This document shows positions 36,595-45,289 of a stretch of 64,000 nucleotides of DNA, piece by piece; the first letter of the stretch is position 1, and every line of letters begins with the position of its first letter. The notes under the pieces are model-generated. The model was not told the DNA's origin and ran no database searches. It saw only the letters and a list, made by a program, of their open reading frames with translations. Position numbers and translations under genes: made by a program. The stretch is taken from contig CAYWOR010000001.1 in the NCBI GenBank assembly GCA_964459995.1, forward strand, positions 145,328-209,327, given 5' to 3'. Source of the stretch: an uncultured bacterium. Its GTDB lineage: Bacteria > UBP14 > UBA6098.

Positions 36595-39390
36595 CTAATC
36601 CCCTAAGCGGATTTTGAAAAGGTTGACGAACCATAGGAATCCGCTTGTCATCGAGATTGTTCCTAACACGATAACAACCATATAGATAGCCTTCAACCAG
36701 TCCTGCGCTTTGAGGGAACCCACCTGAAGCGGGTCCTGAGAGAGATATGCCGAAGCGGCGTAGATTTCCTCGCCAATCAGCGTGTAGTCGCAAGTCGTGA
36801 TGAAGAAGGGAATCTGTGTAACGGCGTCTGTTCCGGCAATCTGAATAGAGCCTGACATCGAGCCGGTCTCGGTTAGGATTAGCGATTCCGCGAAGAACAT
36901 ACCCATATAGAAGTTCGCCGCAGTGCGGAATCTCACCATAAGACCCGCCACCGCCGCGGCATAGGAGAACTGGCTACCGGAGGCGTAGAAAATGTCGTCT
37001 TCGTTGAAGGCATCCGGTCTGCCAGCATCCATGTAGGCCGTTTTGACTGTCTCCTGAGCGATGATGAGCACCAGCGGATCATAGCACGGGACGAGGAGTC
37101 GTGTTTGGAACTCCGCGGTTTTTTTGGCGACTCTGCCCAAAATTGTTAATCCTGCGAGTGTGGCGATATCGGAGATGCTCGAAAGTCCGAGAACGTAGAG
37201 AATAGGTCTTCCCATTTCCGTAGCACGTCCCAGCGCTTCGTCGAGATGCGCGATACCGGCAATCGGGCGAAGATAGAAGTCCTTGCCTTTTCTCGCCGCG
37301 GCCAGGAAATAGTTCACAAATATGATAAAGAGGATGACGAGAACGAGAACGATTGTCTTCTCTTTATGATAGAACTCCGATTTCGGCGTCATTGGGCCGA
37401 AAATCTCGCTGTCGGTGTAGGAGCCGTCCGGAGCGACGACTCTCGCGAAATAGCGATATTCGCCCATATCGCGAAGGCTGTCCGGCCAGTTGTCCTGATG
37501 CTGATTTTCGCGGAGATCCCTTTTGCCGACTCTCTGATAGGTAAGTTTGTTGTTTGGGTCGAAATTCGGCGTTCCTTTGAGGAAGATCTCGCTCTTTTTT
37601 TCTATGGCTGGGTTTCCGCGCCAGACTTCGAGATAATCATCCGGCCCCGGATCGGGGATCATTCCGGTTTGATTAATGTCGTATGTCCGAACGACATGGG
37701 CTTCCGGATTGGTAAGCTCGCGGCCGTTTTTATCGAGGAGAATCACCTCGAAAACATGTTCGCCGGCGGGAAAATCCGGAAGATTCATGAAGCCGAGTTC
37801 CTGATGATCGACAACCCATTTGCCCTCATCGACGCGCATTTTCGCGAAAAATATCTTGTTGTTGTCGTTGAAATATGCGTCGTAGCGGAAGGTAACATTG
37901 AATTTTTTCGCAGGGACGGACTGTTTCGCAGAATGCACTGGGAGAGCGTTTGTGGGGATTTCATCGCCCTCGGCGAAGGACACGAGCTGGTCGCCGACCA
38001 GATAATAGCCCTTCGGCATTTCTATCGGGGTGTAATCAGGAGCGAAGTCCTGAACATTCAGTGTGATGCCCGCCATCGGCAGGCCCCAGCGAAGAGCGAG
38101 GGACTGGCCGTCGTCGTTATCGACGTCATGTAAGTCGAGATCGGTAACCATCGCGGGCTGTTCGAACTTGCCTTCGACCACACCGAAAGGTTCTCCCGTG
38201 GTTCTTTGTCCGGCTTCGTCGATTGTGGCGATATAGAAAAGATCATCGGTCGTGAAATTGCCCTCGAAGATGTTACGCTCGAAATCGGCGTTAAGTTTTG
38301 CGAGGAGTTCTCCGGATTCTCTGAGTGTATCTTCCGGCGAGAATCTGCGGATCTCGTAATGATCGACATCGCGGAAATAGGACAACGCGGGCATTGCTCG
38401 ATTGGAACCGACCCAGGTTATGAGAAGTTTTCCCTGTTCGGGATCGAAAACCGCAGACATCCCAACTGCGGCCATCGGTGGCTCGTCCACAGGTATGAAG
38501 CTCCCTGTGACGGGTTCCGATTCTCTGCCTCTGCTATCTTGCGCGATTATCTTGTAATGATACTCTTCGCCGGCCTTTAGTTTGCGAATTATGAAAGATT
38601 GCAGAACATCCGAGGCTATGCTGTATCTGGCTTTTTCTGTCAGAATTGCAGTAACCTCGTGGCCGTATTTGAAAAGGAATTTGCTTTCCTGTTCGTCGAA
38701 GGGGAGAATCCTCTCGCCTGCATGGACAAAGTCGATTTCCTTTTGAGATGGTCCGACTTCGAGAACCAGCCCGCCGGTGCCTTCCGCAATTGATAATCCG
38801 GCACTGTCCGCTTGAAGACTGGATTTTTGCAAGGTTCTTTGAATATTCGCCAAGGCTTCTTCCGAGGGACTAACCCGGAAATACTTGCCATTGGCGAATT
38901 TCAGCTCGCGCTCATCTTGGCCTTCGGGACAATAGGCGCCTTCTGTGCCGATGATAAGCTCGCCGATATTTTTCAGGGAGTCTCTGTTTTCCGGCGTCGC
39001 AAGAACCACGTGCGCGAAGGGAACGCCGTCCTCGACCTCTTCGAGAACGAGATAGTATTCGCGCTCTAAAATCTTGCAAGCCATCGTGTCTTCGATAGTG
39101 AAAGTGGTGGCCTGAAGGCTTCGCGATAGCGGTTCCAGTTTGTCTAAGTGCTTATCGAGGGATTCCGGATCGGTCGTGTAATAAATGTCGTAGCGACGAG
39201 CAGACGACACGTCGAAATGTCTCCAGCTGACAATCGCGTTCGAACCGTTATCGAACGGGATGTCTGTTATCGACACCTCGACAGGTGGGGAAGGGGCTTC
39301 CCTATCACCTGCACAACCGAGCAATCCGAGACCAAAGCCGATAATGATAAGCAATAATATCGGCAGTGCTCTTACCCGTGGAAGGTGCAT
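36595..39390 (-). CDS. Large lipoprotein (931 aa): Ig/Fn3-like ectodomains plus a C-terminal polytopic membrane region; unknown function
   Basis: AAGGAG RBS. Lipoprotein signal MHLPRVRALPILLLIIIGFGLGLLGCAG. The ~650-aa extracytoplasmic region is beta-rich. The C-terminal ~280 aa hold 5-6 TM helices (IVLVLVILFIIFVNYFLAAA...IYMVVIVLGTISMTSGFLWFVNLF). Confidence 0.75.
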   Translation of the reverse strand: MHLPRVRALPILLLIIIGFGLGLLGCAGDREAPSPPVEVSITDIPFDNGSNAIVSWRHFDVSSARRYDIYYTTDPESLDKHLDKLEPLSRSLQATTFTIEDTMACKILEREYYLVLEEVEDGVPFAHVVLATPENRDSLKNIGELIIGTEGAYCPEGQDERELKFANGKYFRVSPSEEALANIQRTLQKSSLQADSAGLSIAEGTGGLVLEVGPSQKEIDFVHAGERILPFDEQESKFLFKYGHEVTAILTEKARYSIASDVLQSFIIRKLKAGEEYHYKIIAQDSRGRESEPVTGSFIPVDEPPMAAVGMSAVFDPEQGKLLITWVGSNRAMPALSYFRDVDHYEIRRFSPEDTLRESGELLAKLNADFERNIFEGNFTTDDLFYIATIDEAGQRTTGEPFGVVEGKFEQPAMVTDLDLHDVDNDDGQSLALRWGLPMAGITLNVQDFAPDYTPIEMPKGYYLVGDQLVSFAEGDEIPTNALPVHSAKQSVPAKKFNVTFRYDAYFNDNNKIFFAKMRVDEGKWVVDHQELGFMNLPDFPAGEHVFEVILLDKNGRELTNPEAHVVRTYDINQTGMIPDPGPDDYLEVWRGNPAIEKKSEIFLKGTPNFDPNNKLTYQRVGKRDLRENQHQDNWPDSLRDMGEYRYFARVVAPDGSYTDSEIFGPMTPKSEFYHKEKTIVLVLVILFIIFVNYFLAAARKGKDFYLRPIAGIAHLDEALGRATEMGRPILYVLGLSSISDIATLAGLTILGRVAKKTAEFQTRLLVPCYDPLVLIIAQETVKTAYMDAGRPDAFNEDDIFYASGSQFSYAAAVAGLMVRFRTAANFYMGMFFAESLILTETGSMSGSIQIAGTDAVTQIPFFITTCDYTLIGEEIYAASAYLSQDPLQVGSLKAQDWLKAIYMVVIVLGTISMTSGFLWFVNLFKIRLGD

Positions 39391-39454
39391 CCTCGCTCCT
39401 TTTCTGAGTATCTAATTTATCAATTTAACTTCGATCATTTAACCAACAAGAATA

Positions 39455-39489
39455 AATCGAAAAATTCAGAAACGCAAGTGATTCTTGCG
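39455..39489 (-). terminator. Intra-operon stem-loop/attenuator on the minus strand (CGCAAGaatcaCTTGCGTTTCTGAATTTTTCG) between the 378-aa and 931-aa genes
   Basis: 6-bp stem followed by a U-rich tract in the 100-nt gap, and a possible internal promoter (TTGTTG...TAAATT) before the RBS of the 931-aa gene. Confidence 0.45.
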
Positions 39490-39491
39490 GT

Positions 39492-40628
39492 TTAGAAATT
39501 TTCGATTGTTTCGACATTTGCGCGAGGGACGATTGCCCTTGCGCCTTCGTCGAATTCGACCTCGAGCACTCTGGCTTTCGATTCGCTCTCGAGGACTCGA
39601 AGCTCCGGCGGCAGAGCTGTAACTTTGCCTATTTTGCCGAAATAGGGGTATCTAATTACCCTAACTTGGCTTCCGATGCTGAGGCCGATTGTCTCTTCCG
39701 TGCCCTCTGGAGTAAACCCTGCGGGAGGTTCGGATTGGGCTATCACAATTTCCGGGCGGATAACACCGGCTCGTATTTGAGTTGCGCCGTTGACGCTTGC
39801 GCCTTTGCCCTCGAATTTTTTTAGTATCTCGAAAGTTCTCTGCGCCATAGGTATTTCGCCGAAACCTTCGGTTGTAACTATTGCCGTGTAAACGTCTTCG
39901 GAGCCGGTGATTGCGACGCCGATGTCATAGCCGAGAATCTGGCGAAGGTCGCGGTCATCGACGCCTCCGGCGACGATGGCCTTCACGCCTATGCTGATGG
40001 CTTTTCTATATGCGCCGGAGGTGATTTTTCTGCCGCAGACGATTACTTTTCCGCGGTGTTCTTCTTTTACCATTTCCTCGGTGAGATCGCCGGTGTTGTC
40101 TTTGGTCAGCACGATAATTTCGCCGAATCTTTCGCCGCCGATTCCGAAAATTCCCTGAATGAATGTCGCATGAGTTGTAATAATGGCGCCCTCATCGGGG
40201 ATAATTTCGGTAACTTCGCCCTCGACATAGGCGGTGGCTTCGATTGGGATAGGCAAAGCGCGGAAAAGAACGTTGCCCGTAACAGGGCTGATAGATTCGA
40301 TTGAACCCTCGAAGGGGGCTTTTACACTTGTTTTGAAGAGTCCCGTGCTGAAAATCCCCTTATTTCTCGCGACAATTTGCCCATCGGTGATTTTGTCGCC
40401 CTCTTTGACCAACATGAAGTATTTTAGGTCTTCGGCATCGCAACCGAGGAGGTTGGCGATGTTCATTTGTTCGACATTTCCCGGAAGATCGGTTTTCGCG
40501 ACAACATCGGTCGGTTTGACCTTGTCGCCGACTTTGGCAACAATCTCGCCCTTCAACGGGAGAATGCGTTTCTTCATAATTTTAGTATATTCCGTGACTT
40601 TAAGACCCGGTGTATATATGTGTCCCAT
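39492..40628 (-). CDS. Conserved soluble protein partnered with the GlmL-like ATPase, unknown function (378 aa)
   Basis: GGAGAG RBS. It starts 9 nt after the GlmL-like stop. Gly-rich motifs (GIFGIGGERFGEIIV; GVKAIVAGGVDDRDL; TEGFGEIPMA; NGATQIRAGVIRP). No signal peptide and no TM. Confidence 0.7.
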   Translation of the reverse strand: MGHIYTPGLKVTEYTKIMKKRILPLKGEIVAKVGDKVKPTDVVAKTDLPGNVEQMNIANLLGCDAEDLKYFMLVKEGDKITDGQIVARNKGIFSTGLFKTSVKAPFEGSIESISPVTGNVLFRALPIPIEATAYVEGEVTEIIPDEGAIITTHATFIQGIFGIGGERFGEIIVLTKDNTGDLTEEMVKEEHRGKVIVCGRKITSGAYRKAISIGVKAIVAGGVDDRDLRQILGYDIGVAITGSEDVYTAIVTTEGFGEIPMAQRTFEILKKFEGKGASVNGATQIRAGVIRPEIVIAQSEPPAGFTPEGTEETIGLSIGSQVRVIRYPYFGKIGKVTALPPELRVLESESKARVLEVEFDEGARAIVPRANVETIENF

Positions 40629-40637
40629 TTCGCTCTC

Positions 40638-42509
40638 CTATTCCTTTATCAAAGCGCTTTCGGGGTAAACATTCAGCGCGAGAAGCCATTTTGTGAGCGC
40701 TTCGACCCTTTCCTGTTTATCCATCGGGATTTCAATCGGCCTTCCGCGGCCGTCGAGAATAATGCCCACAACGCCGCCATAGACCTCTTTTTCGACCTTT
40801 TTTCCTCCGCCGGCGCCGATATCGAAAGAGCGCGAAGGGGAGAAGCTGATGGTCGCTTTTTTGCCGACAGCGAGATCGAACTTTTTCATCTCTCCGAATT
40901 TAAGCTCGCCCTCGTGGACTTCGCCGTCTTCGGTTTGGATGTGATAATGCCCGACCGAGCCGCCCGGTTTGGTGGTTCCGGCGGGGGATACCGAAGTGCC
41001 GAGATAGATAAGGCAGTCTTTGTGGAAAACCTCGGTTGCGGCCTTTGGGTGTATCGTCGAAAGGACTCCGAGTTGGGGCATCATGAAGATGGAGTCCACT
41101 GCGAGAGTGGTAAAACCCTGCGGTTGGAAAGCGTCGAGAAGCATCATAGCTCCCTGACTGCGTCGTGGCGCGTGCGAGAGAACGCCGCCGGACCCGATGA
41201 GAATATCCAGCCCCATCAGATCGACGATTGTGTCGCTATCGACCTGCTCGAAAGCCTCCGAGATTGTTCTTTGTTTTTGAACACCCTTCAGCGTAGTCGC
41301 GAAATTGCAGTGTTGAATGAAAGCCAGTCTAAGAGCTTCTCGCGCTAAGGCTTGCTCGAAAATGAGTGTTGACATTGCCTGCGGGATGGTTGTGGGGCGC
41401 ACCATTTTGTTCTTCACCTGATTGCGAAGCTCGACCTCGTCGAGATCGTAGGGCACCCATCTCATAATGTTTGCAAGCCCCGCCTCTTTGAAAACATTGC
41501 TAATCGAGTAGCTCATTCCGAGGTTAGCCGATACGGTGCGGTTGAAAATCGTCCGTGGGTTCTCTGATTCGTGCTCGGGTTTGAGGTCGTTATATGAGGG
41601 ATTTTTAAATACGCTGAAAACGTCGGTTGTCGCGCCGCCGATATCGACACCGAGCACCTGAATGTCCTCCTCGTCGGCGACACGTTTCATAATTGCGCCC
41701 ACAGCGCCGGGGGTCGGCATAATCGGGGCGTCGGCCCAGCTCATGAGCTTTTTGTAACCGGGGGCCTGCGCCATCACGTGCTCCATGAAGAGGTTGTGAA
41801 TCATCTCGCGCGCTGGTTTGAGATTTTCCTCTTCGAGCACCGGCCGGATGTTATCCACGATACGGAGATCGACCTTTTCGTCGAGTATTTCTTTGACATT
41901 CTCTCTAGCGCCGACATTTCCGGCATAGATAACCGGAAGCTGATAACCTATTCCGAGCCTCGGTTTTGGGTCAGCGGCGGATATAAGCTCTGCCAGTTCG
42001 ACTACATGGGAGACGGTTCCGCCGTCGATTCCACCGGAGAGCAGGATCATATCCGGTCTCAGCTGGCGAATGCGCTCGATTTGCTCGTGGGGAAGGCGCT
42101 TGTCGTTCGATGCGATTGCGTCCATTACAATCGCGCCCGCACCGAGAGCGGCATGTTCGGCGGATTTTGCGGTCATCGATTTGACAACCCCTGCAACCAT
42201 CATCTGAAGACCGCCGCCGGCGCTGGATGTCGAGATATAGATATCACAGCCCTTTTCGCCTTCACAAGGTCTCATTATTTGATCATTTGCGCCGACGAAC
42301 TTGCGTCTCGCAAGCTCCTCGACCTCTGTAACCGCGTTCAAAACACCCATAGTAACGTCCTCGAAAGGCGCTTCTACAGTGGTTGGCGCCTCGCCACGCA
42401 CTATCAGGCGATATTCCCCGTCCACATACATAATCAAGATAGCCTTAGTGGTGGTGGAGCCGCAGTCCGTTGCGAGGATTACCTTGATATCCTCGGGGTT
42501 CTTACTCAT
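40638..42509 (-). CDS. GlmL/MutL-family (glutamate mutase L-like) double ASKHA-fold ATPase, 623 aa; orphan, with no B12-mutase subunits nearby
   Basis: AAGGAG RBS. N-terminal phosphate-1 motif VILATDCGSTTTKAIL and a second ASKHA motif VLGVDIGGATTDVFSV, which is the characteristic GlmL/MutL pair. It is larger than canonical GlmL (about 460 aa). Confidence 0.75.
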   Translation of the reverse strand: MSKNPEDIKVILATDCGSTTTKAILIMYVDGEYRLIVRGEAPTTVEAPFEDVTMGVLNAVTEVEELARRKFVGANDQIMRPCEGEKGCDIYISTSSAGGGLQMMVAGVVKSMTAKSAEHAALGAGAIVMDAIASNDKRLPHEQIERIRQLRPDMILLSGGIDGGTVSHVVELAELISAADPKPRLGIGYQLPVIYAGNVGARENVKEILDEKVDLRIVDNIRPVLEEENLKPAREMIHNLFMEHVMAQAPGYKKLMSWADAPIMPTPGAVGAIMKRVADEEDIQVLGVDIGGATTDVFSVFKNPSYNDLKPEHESENPRTIFNRTVSANLGMSYSISNVFKEAGLANIMRWVPYDLDEVELRNQVKNKMVRPTTIPQAMSTLIFEQALAREALRLAFIQHCNFATTLKGVQKQRTISEAFEQVDSDTIVDLMGLDILIGSGGVLSHAPRRSQGAMMLLDAFQPQGFTTLAVDSIFMMPQLGVLSTIHPKAATEVFHKDCLIYLGTSVSPAGTTKPGGSVGHYHIQTEDGEVHEGELKFGEMKKFDLAVGKKATISFSPSRSFDIGAGGGKKVEKEVYGGVVGIILDGRGRPIEIPMDKQERVEALTKWLLALNVYPESALIKE

Positions 42510-42846
42510 CTGAACTCCTTTTCTTCTTCTTTGGGCCGTAGAGAGAATCGGCCGCCTCTATTTTTTTCGCAAAAAGCTCCATTGCATCGCGCTTTTGAAA
42601 GGCGCGGCGCAATATTTGAAGCTCTTTGATATTGAACAAATAAACCGTAATCGGTTCGACTAATAGCATCAGCTGACTGCTGACCCAATTTAAGGGTTTG
42701 AAACTTTCGACAAGCATAAGTGCCGGCACAGTTAATCTGCGCTCCACTATCTCTTTTGCAAGTTTCTCAAAAAGCGCGATTTCATCTTCCTGAATCTCAT
42801 CGGAGAATTCTTTGTCCCAATCGACATGCCAGAAATCCTCGCGCAT
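42502..42846 (-). CDS. Small acidic protein, unknown function (114 aa)
   Basis: Trimmed to the ATG at 42846 (MREDFWHVDWDKEF...), 1 nt after the upstream stop. Its 3' end overlaps the GlmL-like start by 8 nt. Confidence 0.5.
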   Translation of the reverse strand: MREDFWHVDWDKEFSDEIQEDEIALFEKLAKEIVERRLTVPALMLVESFKPLNWVSSQLMLLVEPITVYLFNIKELQILRRAFQKRDAMELFAKKIEAADSLYGPKKKKRSSDE

Positions 42847-42847
42847 A

Positions 42848-43264
42848 TTAGCTTTCCGCCTTTGTATTCGCCTTTTCGACCATTCCGACGATGAAGGATT
42901 TTGCCTCGTCACAAATCACAGGCACCATCCACCCGCGGTAGTTGTCGAGTCTGCGAGGTTTCTCGAAGGGCGACAAGAAAACCGCCCTCTCGCCGATTTC
43001 GACGCGTTTGAACTCGTGCCATTTACGCACGCGCTGAAATCCGAGGAATTTCTCGCCGATGCCGATTTCGTCGGCGTAGTAATAGGTTTTGAAAAAGAAC
43101 TTCGACGACGCGAAGGTCATCATAATCACCGCGGCGAAACCCATTGCATAGTTGCCGTCGGATGCCCATGTCAAAACGATTCCGGAAAGAACGATTATTA
43201 TGACGGCGAACCAGGTTTTGGCTTTGAACTCCTCGGCGGGCCATATTGACCAGGAGTATTTCAT
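42848..43264 (-). CDS. Small membrane protein (2 TM plus a bacterial PH-like C-terminal domain), 138 aa
   Basis: MKYSWSIWPAEEFKAKTWFAVIIIVLSGIVLTW...AAVIMMTFASSKFFF, then a soluble ~70-aa domain. ATGA overlap with the upstream small gene. Confidence 0.55.
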   Translation of the reverse strand: MKYSWSIWPAEEFKAKTWFAVIIIVLSGIVLTWASDGNYAMGFAAVIMMTFASSKFFFKTYYYADEIGIGEKFLGFQRVRKWHEFKRVEIGERAVFLSPFEKPRRLDNYRGWMVPVICDEAKSFIVGMVEKANTKAES

Positions 43265-43467
43265 TTCGCTTCGATTCGCCCCTTATGGATTCTGTTGACT
43301 TCTTGAAGTAAATCCTCGCCGTCGATGATGCCCTTTTTAATCAAAAGGGTAACGAGCGCTTGATATGTTACATTATTCGACAGTGCAAGTTGTTCGACGG
43401 TAACTTCTTGGACAGTTCCATCCGGTTGCGTTAATTTCAAAATAGCGTTGCTTTTATTTTCTGTCAT
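43261..43467 (-). CDS. Small protein (68 aa), unknown function
   Basis: MTENKSNAILKLTQPDGTVQEVTVEQLAL... It starts 1 nt after the stop of the LpoA-like gene and has ATGA coupling to the next gene. Confidence 0.45.
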   Translation of the reverse strand: MTENKSNAILKLTQPDGTVQEVTVEQLALSNNVTYQALVTLLIKKGIIDGEDLLQEVNRIHKGRIEAK

Positions 43468-43468
43468 G

Positions 43469-45289
43469 TCAATCGATTCGCCTTGGAGTTTTTCTATCGA
43501 AAATTACTAATGTTGATTTTAGATTTGCCCCGGAGGCATCGAAATCGACCATTCCGCTTGGGCCGGCATAATCGGAAATACCCGAGATGTAGTCCCTTAG
43601 CTGATCCGGAGTGATAGCCCCGCTCGCAAAGCCTTTGCATATAATATTCGCGGCGTCATAGCCATAGGCGGCTATCTGGTCTGGTTCGTAGCCATATGTT
43701 CTGCGGTATTCGCGGGCGAAGCTCTCCCAGCGGGGATTATCCTTGTCCGACCAGAAATTATCCGCGACGACTATCGAGCTGTCGATATATGCGGCGTCCA
43801 TCGTGCGGACATCCTCGATAATCCAGCCGTTAGAGCCGAGAAGTCTTGTTCGAATATAATGGAAAGGGACCTGCGGCAAAATATTAACGAGGTCCTCGAA
43901 ATATGCGGGCACGAAAAGCGCTGGAATATTGACAATCCATTCATCTTCTTTTCGCATCGAGCCGTCGGGTTTGTAAAAGCGTGTATCCGAGGTGTCCGAG
44001 CGGGCAACGAGGCGTTGCATGCGTTTGTAATAGGGTTCTTTTATTGTCTTGAGCTGTTGCGAAAAATCGACTGTGCCATCGGTGTAATATGCCACACTAA
44101 CCAATTCGCCGCCTATCTCGTCGATTTTGCGTGCGAAATTCGCAGTCGCTTTTCTTCCGATTGGGTCGTCTGGCGCGAGAGCCGAGAACTCTGTTATGCC
44201 GAGATTAGTGTGCACCCATTCGACAAGCTTCACCGCTCCGACCGAGGGTGGAGTTGCAATCTGGAAAACATATGGCGAAAGCCCCGCGAGACCGTCCTTG
44301 CTGGCTGTGGGGGTTATCACCGGAATTCTATATTGATCGCAGAACGCGCCGATACCTACCGCGACATCGGATGTAAGCGGGCCGATTGCCGCCACGGGAT
44401 TCCGGCGATTGAAAACACTTCTTGCGGCATATGAGCCGACGAGAACATCCGCGCCGGTATCCTCGATAACGAGATCGATCTTTTTCCGCGATTGGGTTTC
44501 ATACTGCGCGAATGCTAACTTAATGCCGTTTACCATGCTCCGGCCCAAATCGCCGTATTGTCCGGTGGTGGGCGCGAAAACCGCAACAGTGAGGTTATCG
44601 GAAATCTGTTTTGAAATTCGCTCGGAGAGCTTTTTCAGGCTGTCGGCATATTCGCCGTCGGGACGGCGGTTGAGGCTTCGATTGCTTATTTCGAGCGCTC
44701 TCGAGGATTCGCCGGAAAGCTCGTGACGTTTCGCGCGGATATAATCGACAAGCTGAGATGATGAGCCTTCGGCGTAATCGTTCACGATCAGAAGCTGGTC
44801 TTTCGAGAGATACCCCCAAAGCAGATATTCTACTGATTTGCGGGCTATCTGCCGAGTTTGTGCATCGGTGGAGGGGGAGTCGAGAGCGTTGAGAAAGGCT
44901 TTGGCGGCTTCGAGAGTCTGGGCTGATTGATATAGCGCATTGCCGGCATATGTCCACGCGCGTCCCGAGGCTTGATTATCCGGGAATCTACCGGCAAAAT
45001 CGGCGAATTCACGCGAGGCGATATCGTAATCGCCTGCCTTATAAGAACTTAACGCCAGCATATAATAGGTCATCGGATAATAGCGGCTACCGCGGGAATC
45101 GATAAGCAAATCTGAAAAACCGAGATGCGCTTTGGTATAATTTCCCGACCTGAACTCCGCCACCGCCGCGAAAAATCGGCTGTCCAGATACTCCGGGTTG
45201 ACCCATGCCATCGCGGTGAGCGCCGCGAGGAGGATAATGAGGCTAAATTTTCTTATGTCTATGCGCATATTTAACATAGGCCTCGGCAT
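43469..45289 (-). CDS. Secreted TPR plus type-I periplasmic-binding-protein (Leu/Ile/Val-binding-like) protein with LpoA-like architecture
   Basis: The track ORF runs to 45523. Plausible starts are 45289, 45277 and 45268 (MPRPMLNMRIDIRKFSLIILLAALTAMA signal). N-terminal TPR-like helices (YYMLALSSYKAGDYDIASREFADFAG...). The C-terminal PBP1 domain (AAIGPLTSDVAVGIGAFCDQYRIPVITP...) mirrors the TPR+PBP1 layout of LpoA. Confidence 0.6.
   Translation of the reverse strand: MPRPMLNMRIDIRKFSLIILLAALTAMAWVNPEYLDSRFFAAVAEFRSGNYTKAHLGFSDLLIDSRGSRYYPMTYYMLALSSYKAGDYDIASREFADFAGRFPDNQASGRAWTYAGNALYQSAQTLEAAKAFLNALDSPSTDAQTRQIARKSVEYLLWGYLSKDQLLIVNDYAEGSSSQLVDYIRAKRHELSGESSRALEISNRSLNRRPDGEYADSLKKLSERISKQISDNLTVAVFAPTTGQYGDLGRSMVNGIKLAFAQYETQSRKKIDLVIEDTGADVLVGSYAARSVFNRRNPVAAIGPLTSDVAVGIGAFCDQYRIPVITPTASKDGLAGLSPYVFQIATPPSVGAVKLVEWVHTNLGITEFSALAPDDPIGRKATANFARKIDEIGGELVSVAYYTDGTVDFSQQLKTIKEPYYKRMQRLVARSDTSDTRFYKPDGSMRKEDEWIVNIPALFVPAYFEDLVNILPQVPFHYIRTRLLGSNGWIIEDVRTMDAAYIDSSIVVADNFWSDKDNPRWESFAREYRRTYGYEPDQIAAYGYDAANIICKGFASGAITPDQLRDYISGISDYAGPSGMVDFDASGANLKSTLVIFDRKTPRRID

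Noticed and set aside
37246-38133. 295-aa plus-strand ORF inside the 931-aa lipoprotein gene, with similar ORFs at 40467..41348, 41778..42629, 43859..44434 and 45198..45761
   Set aside because: Antisense shadows of well-supported minus-strand genes. No independent start signals or motifs.
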